Below are positions 50,583 to 60,358 of a DNA stretch of 63,732 bases, in pieces. The stretch spans positions 1-63,732 of the IMG/VR virus record IMGVR_UViG_3300036770_004125. One strand, given 5' to 3'. The notes beneath the pieces were generated by a model. The model saw nothing but the letters and a program-made list of their open reading frames with translations. It had not been told where the DNA came from and did no database searches. How positions within the stretch are numbered: the first letter of the stretch is position 1; each line of letters starts with the position of its first letter. Position numbers and translations under genes: made by a program. This DNA is from a virus (lineage: Duplodnaviria > Caudoviricetes).

Positions 50583-51119
50583 ATGAAAATAACATCACGG
50601 AAAGTATCAGAAATTGAAGGTCTAGAGAATTATAAAGACTACTTCGTTACAATTAAAGGAGAAGTCTATTCTTCAAAGTATAATAAGATTCGTAAGTTAA
50701 AACCTTGTTACCTTACTACAAAAGGTTCTTATCAGATTGTTCGTTTATCTGATGGTAAGGGTAAAACAAAGAACTTTTATGTACATAGACTCGTTGCACA
50801 ATTGTTCTTATTAAATGTAAATGAATCTTGGGCAGTAGAACATATCAATGGGGATCTTGAAGATAACTCTGTTGACAATCTAAGATGGGCAGGTAGAAAA
50901 ATATCTAAAGATTCTGATGAGTTGGATAGTGAAAGAATCTATCTTGGTGATGACATCAGTAATTACATTAAACTTGTTCATTCTGCCTCAGTGCAAAAGG
51001 GAATCCCAGTACCAGGAAAACTTGAGTTCTTTCATGGTATGATCAATCAGGCAATGGAAGATTATATTAACAGATTTGGTCTAAAGAAGACAATGTACCA
51101 GATAGAGCATTCTTCATGA
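50583..51119 (+). CDS. NUMOD4/HNH endonuclease-like protein
   Basis: YFVTIKGEVYS...VHRLVAQLFL...VEHINGDLEDNSVDNLRW; the only convincing + strand gene. Confidence 0.8.
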   Translation: MKITSRKVSEIEGLENYKDYFVTIKGEVYSSKYNKIRKLKPCYLTTKGSYQIVRLSDGKGKTKNFYVHRLVAQLFLLNVNESWAVEHINGDLEDNSVDNLRWAGRKISKDSDELDSERIYLGDDISNYIKLVHSASVQKGIPVPGKLEFFHGMINQAMEDYINRFGLKKTMYQIEHSS

Positions 51120-51572
51120 GATTACTTCCTTATAAAGATCAACAAGATCATCAGCAAACCAACAACGTTTATCTGATTGTCTCATAAGAACTCTCATTTG
51201 ATTTTGAATTTCAGTCCATTCAGTGAGAGTTGTTTCCATATTCACATTCTCAACATGAGTAAGAATAAAACCAATAAAAGTATAAGGGCAAGTTAGGGTT
51301 TCTTGCATATCTTGCCTTCTCCAGTATTCACGACACAGAGCATTGATTGCAAGTGAAGACTGGAGTTTTTCAACAATAGAGTAAATTCCGACTCGCTTAA
51401 AACAGTATTGCGGTTCTCCGTGACTATAACCTTTTGAATGATAATTTTGAATATCTTCTTTCCATTCCATTAGATCTCTCTTACTCATTTGAAATGGATT
51501 CCAGGTTTTTTGAACCAGTTCTTGGCAAATCAATTCCCATTCAGAGAATGACAACCAGACATTACGAGACAT
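51114..51572 (-). CDS. Cassette ORF, hypothetical
   Basis: 152 aa, downstream of palindrome 51632 and TATAAT. Confidence 0.7.
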   Translation of the reverse strand: MSRNVWLSFSEWELICQELVQKTWNPFQMSKRDLMEWKEDIQNYHSKGYSHGEPQYCFKRVGIYSIVEKLQSSLAINALCREYWRRQDMQETLTCPYTFIGFILTHVENVNMETTLTEWTEIQNQMRVLMRQSDKRCWFADDLVDLYKEVIS

Positions 51573-51657
51573 AAGAGTTTGTTGCGTATGAGAGTATTAT
51601 AAGGTGCTGGTGAGAGTGGTGGTGATGTGACTGTGCCACTTTTCAAACTGGCACATT

Positions 51658-52302
51658 TTATTTTAGCGAATAGATGTAGATATGTTTACCTGGAGTTTGA
51701 ATATATTGTGCTTCACCAGATTCAAGAGCATCTTTGACTCTTTGAGCAAATGGTTTTAATTTCTTGTTTCCATGAGTATCTACATGATAAGTACGAATAC
51801 ACTTATCATGATAGATCTTACCATTATAATCTATGACTCTACCTTTTGCAGTAAGACCATGATATTCAAAATTTGATGCTTTATAAATCGTTCCTTGATG
51901 ATTATGAAATGTATCTGCATAAGAAATTACCATTTTATAATTGGTATTTCTTTTTAACCATTTTAAAGTTTTACCAATAAAAAAAGATTCGGTATTTCTT
52001 GGAGTATGATCAATACAGCAAAGGCGACGGAGTTCTATAATTTCACTTTCAGAATCTACATATTTCTTCCAGGTGTTCGCCATTCCAAGGGGGCCGTAGA
52101 TCATTGCTCCGATCAGTTCATGATCATGAAATAAACCAAAAACATGAGAAATGCGTAGACCATTGACACTCGATGAATAATGCCATTTTTCCACAAAATC
52201 CCTGACATATTGAATTGTAGTTGGTTTTACTACAAAATCCTTGACATTTGCATTTCTACAATCAATATCTTCATAAAGTAGGGATGATAGTGGATTCAAC
52301 AT
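51658..52302 (-). CDS. Mom-like (GNAT-fold) DNA base-modification protein
   Basis: VEKWHYS, ELRRLCC, RNTESFFIG, VISYAD...HQGTIYKASNF. Confidence 0.75.
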   Translation of the reverse strand: MLNPLSSLLYEDIDCRNANVKDFVVKPTTIQYVRDFVEKWHYSSSVNGLRISHVFGLFHDHELIGAMIYGPLGMANTWKKYVDSESEIIELRRLCCIDHTPRNTESFFIGKTLKWLKRNTNYKMVISYADTFHNHQGTIYKASNFEYHGLTAKGRVIDYNGKIYHDKCIRTYHVDTHGNKKLKPFAQRVKDALESGEAQYIQTPGKHIYIYSLK

Positions 52303-52825
52303 CGTAATATGTTTCTTGAATGACCTTTAATATTGTATCATAAACATCGGAATAATTCATCTCAATTTTTGACCAGAATGCTTCTCCACCAAGATATAAA
52401 ATTCCATTTTTTTCAAACTCATAGGAAGAACTCAGAGCAGTTGCAAAAAATGGTTTTGTTCCGTTTTTTGTAGTTGTATTCAAAAGTTTTTGAATTGAAT
52501 CGTCTTTGTGAGTACCCGTCTGAGTGTTAATATTTAACTTAATTTGTCCTTCTCCAAAATCTGTGTGAAGATCAATACCAGAAATTCTTTTGTTTTTTGA
52601 ATCAGTATTGATGACATTTTTTCCACACTTGGCAGCGATTTCCTGAATGGTATTACCAAGACAAGTTGTGAAAGTTCTCTCAAAGGTACAATATACATTG
52701 AGTTGTGGAAATGCCGCCTTGATGATATTCAGGTTTTGTTTGTCTTCCTTTATATTTTTAAGAATCTTTGCGATTGTTTTCTTCTTGATTGGAAGAAGAA
52801 TTTGATAAATCTCATTTTTAATCAT
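52271..52825 (-). CDS. PD-(D/E)xK nuclease, Eco47II-like restriction endonuclease candidate
   Basis: FERTFTTCLGNTIQEIA...GIDL...GQIKLNINTQTG...GGEAFWSKI. Confidence 0.55.
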   Translation of the reverse strand: MIKNEIYQILLPIKKKTIAKILKNIKEDKQNLNIIKAAFPQLNVYCTFERTFTTCLGNTIQEIAAKCGKNVINTDSKNKRISGIDLHTDFGEGQIKLNINTQTGTHKDDSIQKLLNTTTKNGTKPFFATALSSSYEFEKNGILYLGGEAFWSKIEMNYSDVYDTILKVIQETYYDVESTIIPTL

Positions 52826-52831
52826 AAAACC

Positions 52832-53287
52832 TCAACGACGATAGAGATAAGACCCAGCCCAATCGGCATATTCAAGCAACCATTCACGATCCTTGATCAA
52901 TCGCAGATCATATCGCACACCTTTTGCAGGTGCTTTCCAACTCGCAGACTTATAAACCTCACCAGTCTTCTTATCAACAAAGGCATGGACTGATTTGGCA
53001 CCACGAGCACTCATAATGATCTTGTGATACTTGCGACCAGATTCAATGAAGAACTCATAATCACATTTACCATTCTTGAGTTTTTCAATTTGTTCCTGAT
53101 GATAGGAAACATAACTTGCATCCACAATACCATTATTGTCAATGGCGTGTTGATGCGAACGAATGGAATACTGAATGAAGTTCTGCCGCAGTGCCTCACA
53201 GAGAGCATAGGTATGTCCCAGCACGGCAAGTTCAATGTCCTTTCGTGCTTCTTGATTGGCGGCGTAGTCAGAGAAGGTGGTGGTCAT
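52832..53287 (-). CDS. Phage hypothetical protein
   Basis: GRKYHKII...SVHAFVDKKTGEVYKSASWKAPAKGVRY. Confidence 0.8.
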   Translation of the reverse strand: MTTTFSDYAANQEARKDIELAVLGHTYALCEALRQNFIQYSIRSHQHAIDNNGIVDASYVSYHQEQIEKLKNGKCDYEFFIESGRKYHKIIMSARGAKSVHAFVDKKTGEVYKSASWKAPAKGVRYDLRLIKDREWLLEYADWAGSYLYRR

Positions 53288-53364
53288 GAGAATTGATTGC
53301 GTATGAGAGTATGATAGGGCACTGGGAAGTGCCCTGGAGTGGTCAGTGGACAGTTGTGAAAGTG

Positions 53365-53940
53365 TCAGTCCTCCATGCCAACAAGATACATTTTAGGTGC
53401 AAGATGAGAAGTCAGATTCTCAGTAACTTCAGTGTTCACATCGCCAAGATGCTCTTGAATTGCCTCAGGAATCAGTTGAAGAATCAGTTTTTGGAAACGC
53501 TCATCTTCCCTGATGTAAGTTGCTACATCATCAGCAAGTGCTTCGGCAAGTTTTGCGTAACTGATTGCAGAAAGTCCCATTGATTTTTTCTCCTGTTTTG
53601 GTGTTTCAATAGTGTGCTTAACCCATTTTTCATTCTTCTTCTCTGCTCTCAGAGAAAGATTTGCCCAACGATCAATGCTGCTACCATAATACTTGTTGAT
53701 GATGTTGGTAGTGCATTGATCACCTTCAGAATCACGGAAACCATATCCACGATACTTTTCATTTGCAGCAATTGTATCATAAATGATCTTCTGTGCAATC
53801 ACAGGATCAGTATTGGTCGTGATTACTTCATAAACAAGCGCATTGATCTCATCAATGATATACTCAGGAGTGAAAGAAAAGCACTCCCATTCATCACGAT
53901 CACAGAAGAGTTTGTGATTGGTGTGGTCAAAAGTAATCAT
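53365..53940 (-). CDS. Cassette ORF, hypothetical (possibly two fused units)
   Basis: 191 aa with an internal MGLSAISY segment. Confidence 0.65.
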   Translation of the reverse strand: MITFDHTNHKLFCDRDEWECFSFTPEYIIDEINALVYEVITTNTDPVIAQKIIYDTIAANEKYRGYGFRDSEGDQCTTNIINKYYGSSIDRWANLSLRAEKKNEKWVKHTIETPKQEKKSMGLSAISYAKLAEALADDVATYIREDERFQKLILQLIPEAIQEHLGDVNTEVTENLTSHLAPKMYLVGMED

Positions 53941-54017
53941 GAGGTGTCTGTGTGTATGAAAGTATTATAGGGCATCATGGGGCACTGGGAAGTGCCCTTG
54001 TGCCAGTTGTTCAAGTG

Positions 54018-54494
54018 TCACCAGGATGCATGATACTCAAATTCCCAAGATTCGGGAGCATGACTGAGAATCTTTTTCAGAACGGGAATGGTATTCTCCA
54101 GATCCCGAAAATACCATTCATCATACTCAGTCCCTCCAAAGAAGAAACCTGACTGAGAAGGCAGCAGTTCTTCTGCACGACTCCTATCTTTCAGGATAGT
54201 TTCACACCTCCACAGAAGATCTTTCAGATGATCCCGGTCAACATAAGTATCCTGACATTCATCTTTACCATCAGCACACTTATCCACAAAATACTTGTGA
54301 ATTTGATTTGCTTTTCGCCAATATGCGACTTGCAGTTTCACTTCTGCAAATTGAACATCACCTTCTTCAGTCATGAAAAACTTGTTGCCCTTCATCAGAC
54401 GAGCAACAGATTTCACCTTTTTAACATCGTCTTCCTTTGCCCAAGAAGATGAAGAAACAAATTCCTTGGCATAGAGATACATGTCAAGACCCAT
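54018..54494 (-). CDS. Phage hypothetical protein
   Basis: MGLDMYL...YWRKANQIH...LLPSQSGFFFGG...YHASW. Confidence 0.8.
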   Translation of the reverse strand: MGLDMYLYAKEFVSSSSWAKEDDVKKVKSVARLMKGNKFFMTEEGDVQFAEVKLQVAYWRKANQIHKYFVDKCADGKDECQDTYVDRDHLKDLLWRCETILKDRSRAEELLPSQSGFFFGGTEYDEWYFRDLENTIPVLKKILSHAPESWEFEYHASW

Positions 54495-54527
54495 GATAAT
54501 GCTCCTGTGTGTGTAAGTAAGTTTAAA

Positions 54528-54725
54528 TCAGATACCTTGATAATTGTTGATGATGCGACGAGCAAACTTCATAAAACCATATGAAGTCACATTGCCATCA
54601 TCATAACCATCCAGCATGTCAGTCTGATTGTAGGTGTTCACAATCAGCAGGCAGGCATCGTAGAGTGCTGCCTGATGCTCCTCCTCAGAGTGAAAGGAGA
54701 TTGCGTTGTGGGATGGGAGAACCAT
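54528..54725 (-). CDS. Cassette ORF, hypothetical
   Basis: 65 aa, downstream of palindrome 54788. Confidence 0.6.
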   Translation of the reverse strand: MVLPSHNAISFHSEEEHQAALYDACLLIVNTYNQTDMLDGYDDGNVTSYGFMKFARRIINNYQGI

Positions 54726-55151
54726 TGGTGGTGTCCGTTGATTACCTTGTTATTATAGGGGCATTCATGGGAGTGCTGGATGCTCCTTGTGCCAGTTGTC
54801 AAAGTGGCATATTAGAGTCTGCCAATTCTCTGACACCATCTTCCCAACCATTATGGTAAGCATCGTGCATCAGTTCCAGAATGTAACACTCAACATTTGG
54901 TGAAACATCCCACGATTGACACATTTCTGTGAGTGAATCGTAGAGTTCTTGTTTCATTTAATCCTCTTGCCAAATTTAAGAAATAGTTCTCCAATAGCAA
55001 AATCCAACGGTCGCAAAGTTTCTCCAATTGCATTAAGAACTTCAGACAGAAAAAAACAAAGACCGTAGATGATTTGAAGTGAAAGTGAAACTGGAATCAA
55101 AGGCAAAAATACAAGCATAGAAATGATTTGTTGTTTTTTTGTGAGTTTCAT

Positions 55152-55406
55152 TCAACCTCCACCATAAACATAAGACACAACTTCTTCCTTCTCATAAGGA
55201 ACATTCTCAATCACCTTGATTTTTGCAGCATTAAACTCTTTTTTCTTACCATCGTTATGTGCTTTGTGATAAACAGAATCTCCATCAGATCCAAATTCTT
55301 TCACAAAGATTTGTTCGCAACGGGGAAGAGATTCAGCAGCGATCACACACATTCCATCGGTGTAATCGTAAAGAACTTCGTTGATAATGTACAGATTCAT
55401 TTTCAC
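55152..55406 (-). CDS. Hypothetical protein
   Basis: LYIINEVLYDYTDGMCVIAA...VVSYVYGGG, preceded by a GAGGAG RBS. Confidence 0.7.
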   Translation of the reverse strand: MKMNLYIINEVLYDYTDGMCVIAAESLPRCEQIFVKEFGSDGDSVYHKAHNDGKKKEFNAAKIKVIENVPYEKEEVVSYVYGGG

Positions 55407-55647
55407 TCCTCAGGATAAAGTTTCCAACCATCAGGACGAATGCCCATCTCTTCACAACGCACTTCATATACAATGCGTTTCAGAAGACGCAGAGGCATTT
55501 CACCTTCAATGGTTCTCTGAATGGAACGACGAATCTGAGCGTCTTGAGTGATGTCAGTGACCATTGTGGTGTCCTGTGAATTACTCAGTCATTATAGGGG
55601 CACACAGGAGGGTCTGGTGGTGTCTGGTGGACAGTTTGAGAGGTGGT

Positions 55648-55959
55648 TCAATAAGAGTATGCAGAAGAAACCCAATCGTCGTATGCTGCCTCTCCGAGAG
55701 CATCGCAGATTTCTTCTACAATCTTTTTTGGTTCTGGAAGAGGAGAATCTACTCGGTTCCAATGATACATGATTACATCAAGAGGAATAGTTGAATCCAC
55801 ATCCCAACTGTAAGTATAACTGGGATACAATGGATCATTCATTTCCTTACTTTCGGCATCTTGTCGTGCCTCATCAATCTCATCAAGATACTGATGAAAC
55901 TCAACAGGAAGATTGTCCCATTCTGATTGGGATTGAGGTTCAGTGAGAACTTGACGCAT
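55648..55959 (-). CDS. Cassette ORF, acidic hypothetical protein
   Basis: 103 aa; stop codon at palindrome 55627. Confidence 0.65.
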   Translation of the reverse strand: MRQVLTEPQSQSEWDNLPVEFHQYLDEIDEARQDAESKEMNDPLYPSYTYSWDVDSTIPLDVIMYHWNRVDSPLPEPKKIVEEICDALGEAAYDDWVSSAYSY

Positions 55960-56029
55960 TGAACTGCTCCTGGATTACTTGGTCATTATAGGGTCACGGA
56001 AATGCCTCTGGTGAGGTTTGGTGGACAGT

Positions 56030-57541
56030 TTAATAACCGACCTTTATGTACGCTGGAGGTTCGGACAGATGCTTTTGGTAGAAATCATTTTGTGAAAATT
56101 TTCTTCTATTGATAATAATATAACCTCTTCCTGATGCAGCTGCCATCCATGTCAATAAAATTTGATGTTTAACGATTTCTTTTATCAATTTTTGATTATT
56201 TGAGAAAAAGTAACCAAATTCATATGATGATAATAACCAACCATTTTTTAAATCATTTGCATTATTGATTTTTATATTTTCTTTTGACAATTCTGAGGCA
56301 TAATTTTGATAAAAATCAATTGCTTGTTGTGTTTCACCATTTTTTACCATATGTTTAAATAACTCAATATAATGAGAACCTGGATAAAACATTTTTTCTA
56401 AAGAATAATGATTGAAATTTTTTGACTTAGTAATGTTTTTAAAATATTCATCTAAATCAACATCATTGAGTGCATTTTTAAAATTCTTCAATCTAATTTC
56501 TTTTAGTCCTTTAAAAAATCTTCTTAATGAAATATATTGATTTGAAAGTTCTTCAAAATAAAATGAAGTTAATCCACCTTCTCCACTACTTGATTTAGAT
56601 GGTGATGGAGTAAAGGCACTTTTTTCTTCTGAAATATGAATAGAATTACCTCCAGCACTATAATTTGTCCAAATTGAATAATTTTTAGACATTTTTTGAT
56701 ATTGAACTTTGAAATATATTTTCCATCTGGCATCTTTTTTATTAAAATTAATAGGATATGAGATTTCAATCATATCCTCCAATTTTTTTAGAAACTTTGC
56801 TTTTTGTCCACTTGATGCTAATTGTTGAAGAATCATCATTTCTTCATTAAATTCATCTTGAACATCTTCTTTAAGTGTAATAGATGTTGGTGCATTAATG
56901 AATTTTACTCTTGGATTTTTGGTATTAATCTCTTTAAGTGAGACTGGAATAACATTTTTATTTTCAAACTCTGTGTTCATTAACTTTTTCTGTTCGGATA
57001 AAGTTAATTTTTTAGTTCTGATTCCTTCTTTTAAATTGTCTATTAAATCTGATCTTTCATCATACAAAATGAGGTCTGCAATTATCCATTTATCTGGTCT
57101 CATTCCCATAAGAGTTGAACTTTTCCCACCAGATTGTTTGAATATTTTTTTAATTCCAGATAAACAAGTAGTTTTAATATAAAACCCTTTTTTACTATCA
57201 CTTTCTGAAGTTCTCAATATTTTATAGCGAGATAGAGATACACCAATATTTCTTTCTATTGCTTTTGCTGTAAAATAACTAACGGCAAACCAATTGTTTA
57301 CTGTTTCATTTTTAATTGTTTTATCTGTTGGTTTTGGATATACCTTGGTGTATGTGCTTTTTGATTTATTTTGTATCTCGCATTTCTTTACTACATCATT
57401 AAATTTTTTAACTGCATCCGATCCAGTATCGTAAAATAGATCAATAAATTCTTTTAAAGATGCTCTTGGATACTTTCCAACAAAAGCAATTGCGATTGCA
57501 GATAATGATTCATTTAATTGTGTTGATGCTGCCATATTCAA
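56030..57541 (-). CDS. Putative PD-(D/E)xK-type nuclease-like protein
   Basis: N-terminal TQLNES; PDKWIIADLILY...IPVSLKE; very AT-rich. Confidence 0.55.
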   Translation of the reverse strand: MNMAASTQLNESLSAIAIAFVGKYPRASLKEFIDLFYDTGSDAVKKFNDVVKKCEIQNKSKSTYTKVYPKPTDKTIKNETVNNWFAVSYFTAKAIERNIGVSLSRYKILRTSESDSKKGFYIKTTCLSGIKKIFKQSGGKSSTLMGMRPDKWIIADLILYDERSDLIDNLKEGIRTKKLTLSEQKKLMNTEFENKNVIPVSLKEINTKNPRVKFINAPTSITLKEDVQDEFNEEMMILQQLASSGQKAKFLKKLEDMIEISYPINFNKKDARWKIYFKVQYQKMSKNYSIWTNYSAGGNSIHISEEKSAFTPSPSKSSSGEGGLTSFYFEELSNQYISLRRFFKGLKEIRLKNFKNALNDVDLDEYFKNITKSKNFNHYSLEKMFYPGSHYIELFKHMVKNGETQQAIDFYQNYASELSKENIKINNANDLKNGWLLSSYEFGYFFSNNQKLIKEIVKHQILLTWMAAASGRGYIIINRRKFSQNDFYQKHLSEPPAYIKVGY

Positions 57542-57909
57542 TACCCGTGATTTGGAATTTTCTGAGAATACTGTCTTAAAAGAACAGCGGCCACTGCATT
57601 TGCTTCATTTTCAATCTCACTACCATCATTACCATTCATTTCTTTGCCGTCAGTCTTTTGCTTATAATGCACCAGTTCGTGTGCTAGTGTGCGATAGATG
57701 TCCATTGGGTGCCTTTGAGCAACTTGAACTCTTATCACATCATTATCTAGTTCATAACAACCAAAAGTCTTATTGGATGCAGAAAACTTTGGATCATCAA
57801 TCACAATGATTTTAGGAGTACCTGATAGTTTCAGATACTGCTTTGCGAAGGAAACAAAGTCCTGAATATGTGATTTTTTGGATTCAGTCAGGAATTGTTG
57901 AAGGTTCAT
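57538..57909 (-). CDS. Zincin-like metallopeptidase domain protein
   Basis: RTLAHELVHYKQ...ENEANA (HExxH plus a downstream E). Confidence 0.75.
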   Translation of the reverse strand: MNLQQFLTESKKSHIQDFVSFAKQYLKLSGTPKIIVIDDPKFSASNKTFGCYELDNDVIRVQVAQRHPMDIYRTLAHELVHYKQKTDGKEMNGNDGSEIENEANAVAAVLLRQYSQKIPNHGY

Positions 57910-59153
57910 CTTGGTTGTCTTCTTGTTCTAACACCTCTGCTATCTCTATGTCTTTGTTGTCTTATTGGTTCTCCTTGAGTTTTCCAATCAGCAGGATGTA
58001 AAACACCTCGTAAGTCTCGTTCTAACCTACGACGTTGCTTGGCTGATTTAATATCTACATCACTCGTATACATGTTTGATGTCACAAACTCATCTGCTTT
58101 GTTTGCTTCTTTTAATCCTCTCTTCTTTTTAACTCCTCTTGCCTGAGTGTGATTATCTCTTATATCACCTCTTGAATCTTGCCAATCTCTTTCTTGTGCA
58201 TCCCACTCATCTGACGGATTTCTTTCGTCTCTATGATTTTTTTGATGATACTCTTTATAATCTTTTGGATCAAATTTTTCTATAATATCATTCGCCCATT
58301 CTTCACTAATATTCTCTGCCATTTCTTCAGCATTTTCCATAGTATCAGCATATCCTTCATTATAAAGATAATGTGCAACAATTACCTTTGATAAATCAGT
58401 GGTTCTTCTTCTTGGTGGTTGAGCAGGAGTTTCAACTTTTCTTGCAGATCTTGGTGCTTTTGGTTCTTCAGAACCTCTTCCTCTTGCACCTATTTTTGCC
58501 ACAAGTTTTTTTTCTTCTGGTGAAAGTGGAAACTTATGTGCAAGTTTTTCCATAATATCATTAACCCATTCCTCACTGATACTCTCTGCCATGAGTTCAG
58601 CACCTTCAAAGGTATCAGCAAATCCTTCTACGAAAAGATATTCTACAATTGATTCAAAATCATCTTTTTCTTCTTTTCTCAAATACTTTGGAAGATGTTC
58701 TGCTCTTACCCCTGCCCTTTCTGCTTGTTTTGTTGCAGGATGCTCTGGGCCTACACCAGATTGAAAAACCAATCTTGCCATTTTTGTTCTTTTCTTTCTA
58801 ATATCTGCAATATTTTTTGCTCTTTGACGAACTTCTGGTGATACTACCTTTGCTTCTTTTACTTCTGCTTCTTGATTTTTTTGTTGCAGTTTAGCAATTC
58901 TCTTCTTATTTCTATCTACAGCAAATTGTCTTAACCCACGCACAATTTTCCCTCTTCTTGAAAATTGGGGAGCACCTTGAAGTCTATTTGCAATTGCAAG
59001 AGCAATCTCTTGAGGTATATCTTTTGCCTCAAGAAGTTGCTCAAATTCCTCATCAGTCATTTCCTCAAGAATTTGTTCTGCTTCTTCATAAGAATCAGCG
59101 AATCCTTCAAAATACAAAAATTTGAGAAGTTGGTTATATTCGTAAGAAGACAT
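57906..59153 (-). CDS. Repeat-containing charged protein (probable internal head protein)
   Basis: Three copies of (Y/F)LxxEG(F/Y)AD(T/S)xExA...(S/T)(E/D)E. Confidence 0.7.
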   Translation of the reverse strand: MSSYEYNQLLKFLYFEGFADSYEEAEQILEEMTDEEFEQLLEAKDIPQEIALAIANRLQGAPQFSRRGKIVRGLRQFAVDRNKKRIAKLQQKNQEAEVKEAKVVSPEVRQRAKNIADIRKKRTKMARLVFQSGVGPEHPATKQAERAGVRAEHLPKYLRKEEKDDFESIVEYLFVEGFADTFEGAELMAESISEEWVNDIMEKLAHKFPLSPEEKKLVAKIGARGRGSEEPKAPRSARKVETPAQPPRRRTTDLSKVIVAHYLYNEGYADTMENAEEMAENISEEWANDIIEKFDPKDYKEYHQKNHRDERNPSDEWDAQERDWQDSRGDIRDNHTQARGVKKKRGLKEANKADEFVTSNMYTSDVDIKSAKQRRRLERDLRGVLHPADWKTQGEPIRQQRHRDSRGVRTRRQPR

Positions 59154-59193
59154 TGGAAGATAAAAACACTACTTGTTTTTATTTAGTTTATAT

Positions 59194-59219
59194 AAAAAAA
59201 GAGGGTGGTGAGACCCTCT
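59194..59219 (-). terminator. Rho-independent terminator
   Basis: AGAGGGT-CTCACC-ACCCTCT followed by a T tract. Confidence 0.8.
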
Positions 59220-59240
59220 GTATCAAATTTGGAATGTTTA

Positions 59241-59963
59241 TTATCTACCAGATGCTCTTCTTCTGCGAGCAGCTTGATTGGTGCGACTCAAACTATAATG
59301 ACGTTCTCCTCCCGACGTATCATCATCTCCATGATAACCTGCATCATAACTTCCATCATCTGCCCCTGGTTTAGCATTTAGTCTCTTGATAGACTTTCTA
59401 TTCGCTTCTATTCTTTCACGATCTCTTCTATCATTAGTATTTTCAGTTTCTCCTTTTTTTCTTAACTGAGATCCACGTTGTACTTCATTTTCTGCAGCAT
59501 CTTTCCACTTTGGTTTTTTATATACATCTTTATTTCCTCTAGTTACCTTGCGAATATCATTTCCAGTAATTCTATCTGCAATAGACCTTTGTGATCCTCT
59601 AACTGCTTCATCAAGAATCTCTTCTCTCCACTCTTCACTCATATTTGCCATGATAGCAATGGCATTCTCATTGGTATCTGCATAACCTTCTGCGACCAGA
59701 TACTCAAGAAGATAATCAAAGAGATCATATGATTCATTTTGACCTCTTCCTTCTTGAGAAGATCCTCGATTCCAAGGATTAATTGTGTGCTTTTTACGAT
59801 ACTCAGGATCATTTGCCATCCTTTCTTGATGATCTTTCACACGTTTCATATGAGCATCTTGTTCTTGCTGTTTTCTCCAGTTTGTCATTCTTTGACCCGC
59901 CCCCCTGGATACTTCATCAAGTTCCTGATAAACACTTAAATACGCTTCTTGGAGATTGTCCAT
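59241..59963 (-). CDS. Charged protein of the same repeat family
   Basis: MDNLQEAYLSVY; YLVAEGYADTNENAIAIMANMSEEW. Confidence 0.72.
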   Translation of the reverse strand: MDNLQEAYLSVYQELDEVSRGAGQRMTNWRKQQEQDAHMKRVKDHQERMANDPEYRKKHTINPWNRGSSQEGRGQNESYDLFDYLLEYLVAEGYADTNENAIAIMANMSEEWREEILDEAVRGSQRSIADRITGNDIRKVTRGNKDVYKKPKWKDAAENEVQRGSQLRKKGETENTNDRRDRERIEANRKSIKRLNAKPGADDGSYDAGYHGDDDTSGGERHYSLSRTNQAARRRRASGR

Positions 59964-59989
59964 TACTCTTTAAACTATTATAAGTTTAT

Positions 59990-60199
59990 TTATTTATTGT
60001 ATGATTCTAAAGAGTAGAAATACTCTAATCTTGCCTTTTCTTCTTGTAACTTAAGGTCTTCTGTATAACGAATGAAATGCTCTTGAAGTTCCAGATCTTC
60101 CTCTGAAAAGGGAATATTATTTTCCCTTTTGTATCTAATATTCTGAGCAAATTGAGTGATGTAATTTACAGGTAAATCCAAAAATTCTTCGTAGGACAT
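59990..60199 (-). CDS. Hypothetical protein
   Basis: 69 aa with a GAGG RBS. Confidence 0.6.
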   Translation of the reverse strand: MSYEEFLDLPVNYITQFAQNIRYKRENNIPFSEEDLELQEHFIRYTEDLKLQEEKARLEYFYSLESYNK

Positions 60200-60358
60200 T
60201 TGCGATTCATTAGACCTCTATTCTAATTTATCTCTTTTTGTTTCTCCAATTCTTGCATAATTGCATCAATAAAATCCTGTTCCGTCCAAGTATTCAGGAT
60301 ACTTTCTTGTGGGTCATTCTCATCCCAGTAAATGGTAAATGACCCATCACCTTCTTCT

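Noticed and set aside
39719-56030. CRISPR array
   Set aside because: Repeats are degenerate and separated by hundreds of bases of coding sequence, and no cas genes are present.
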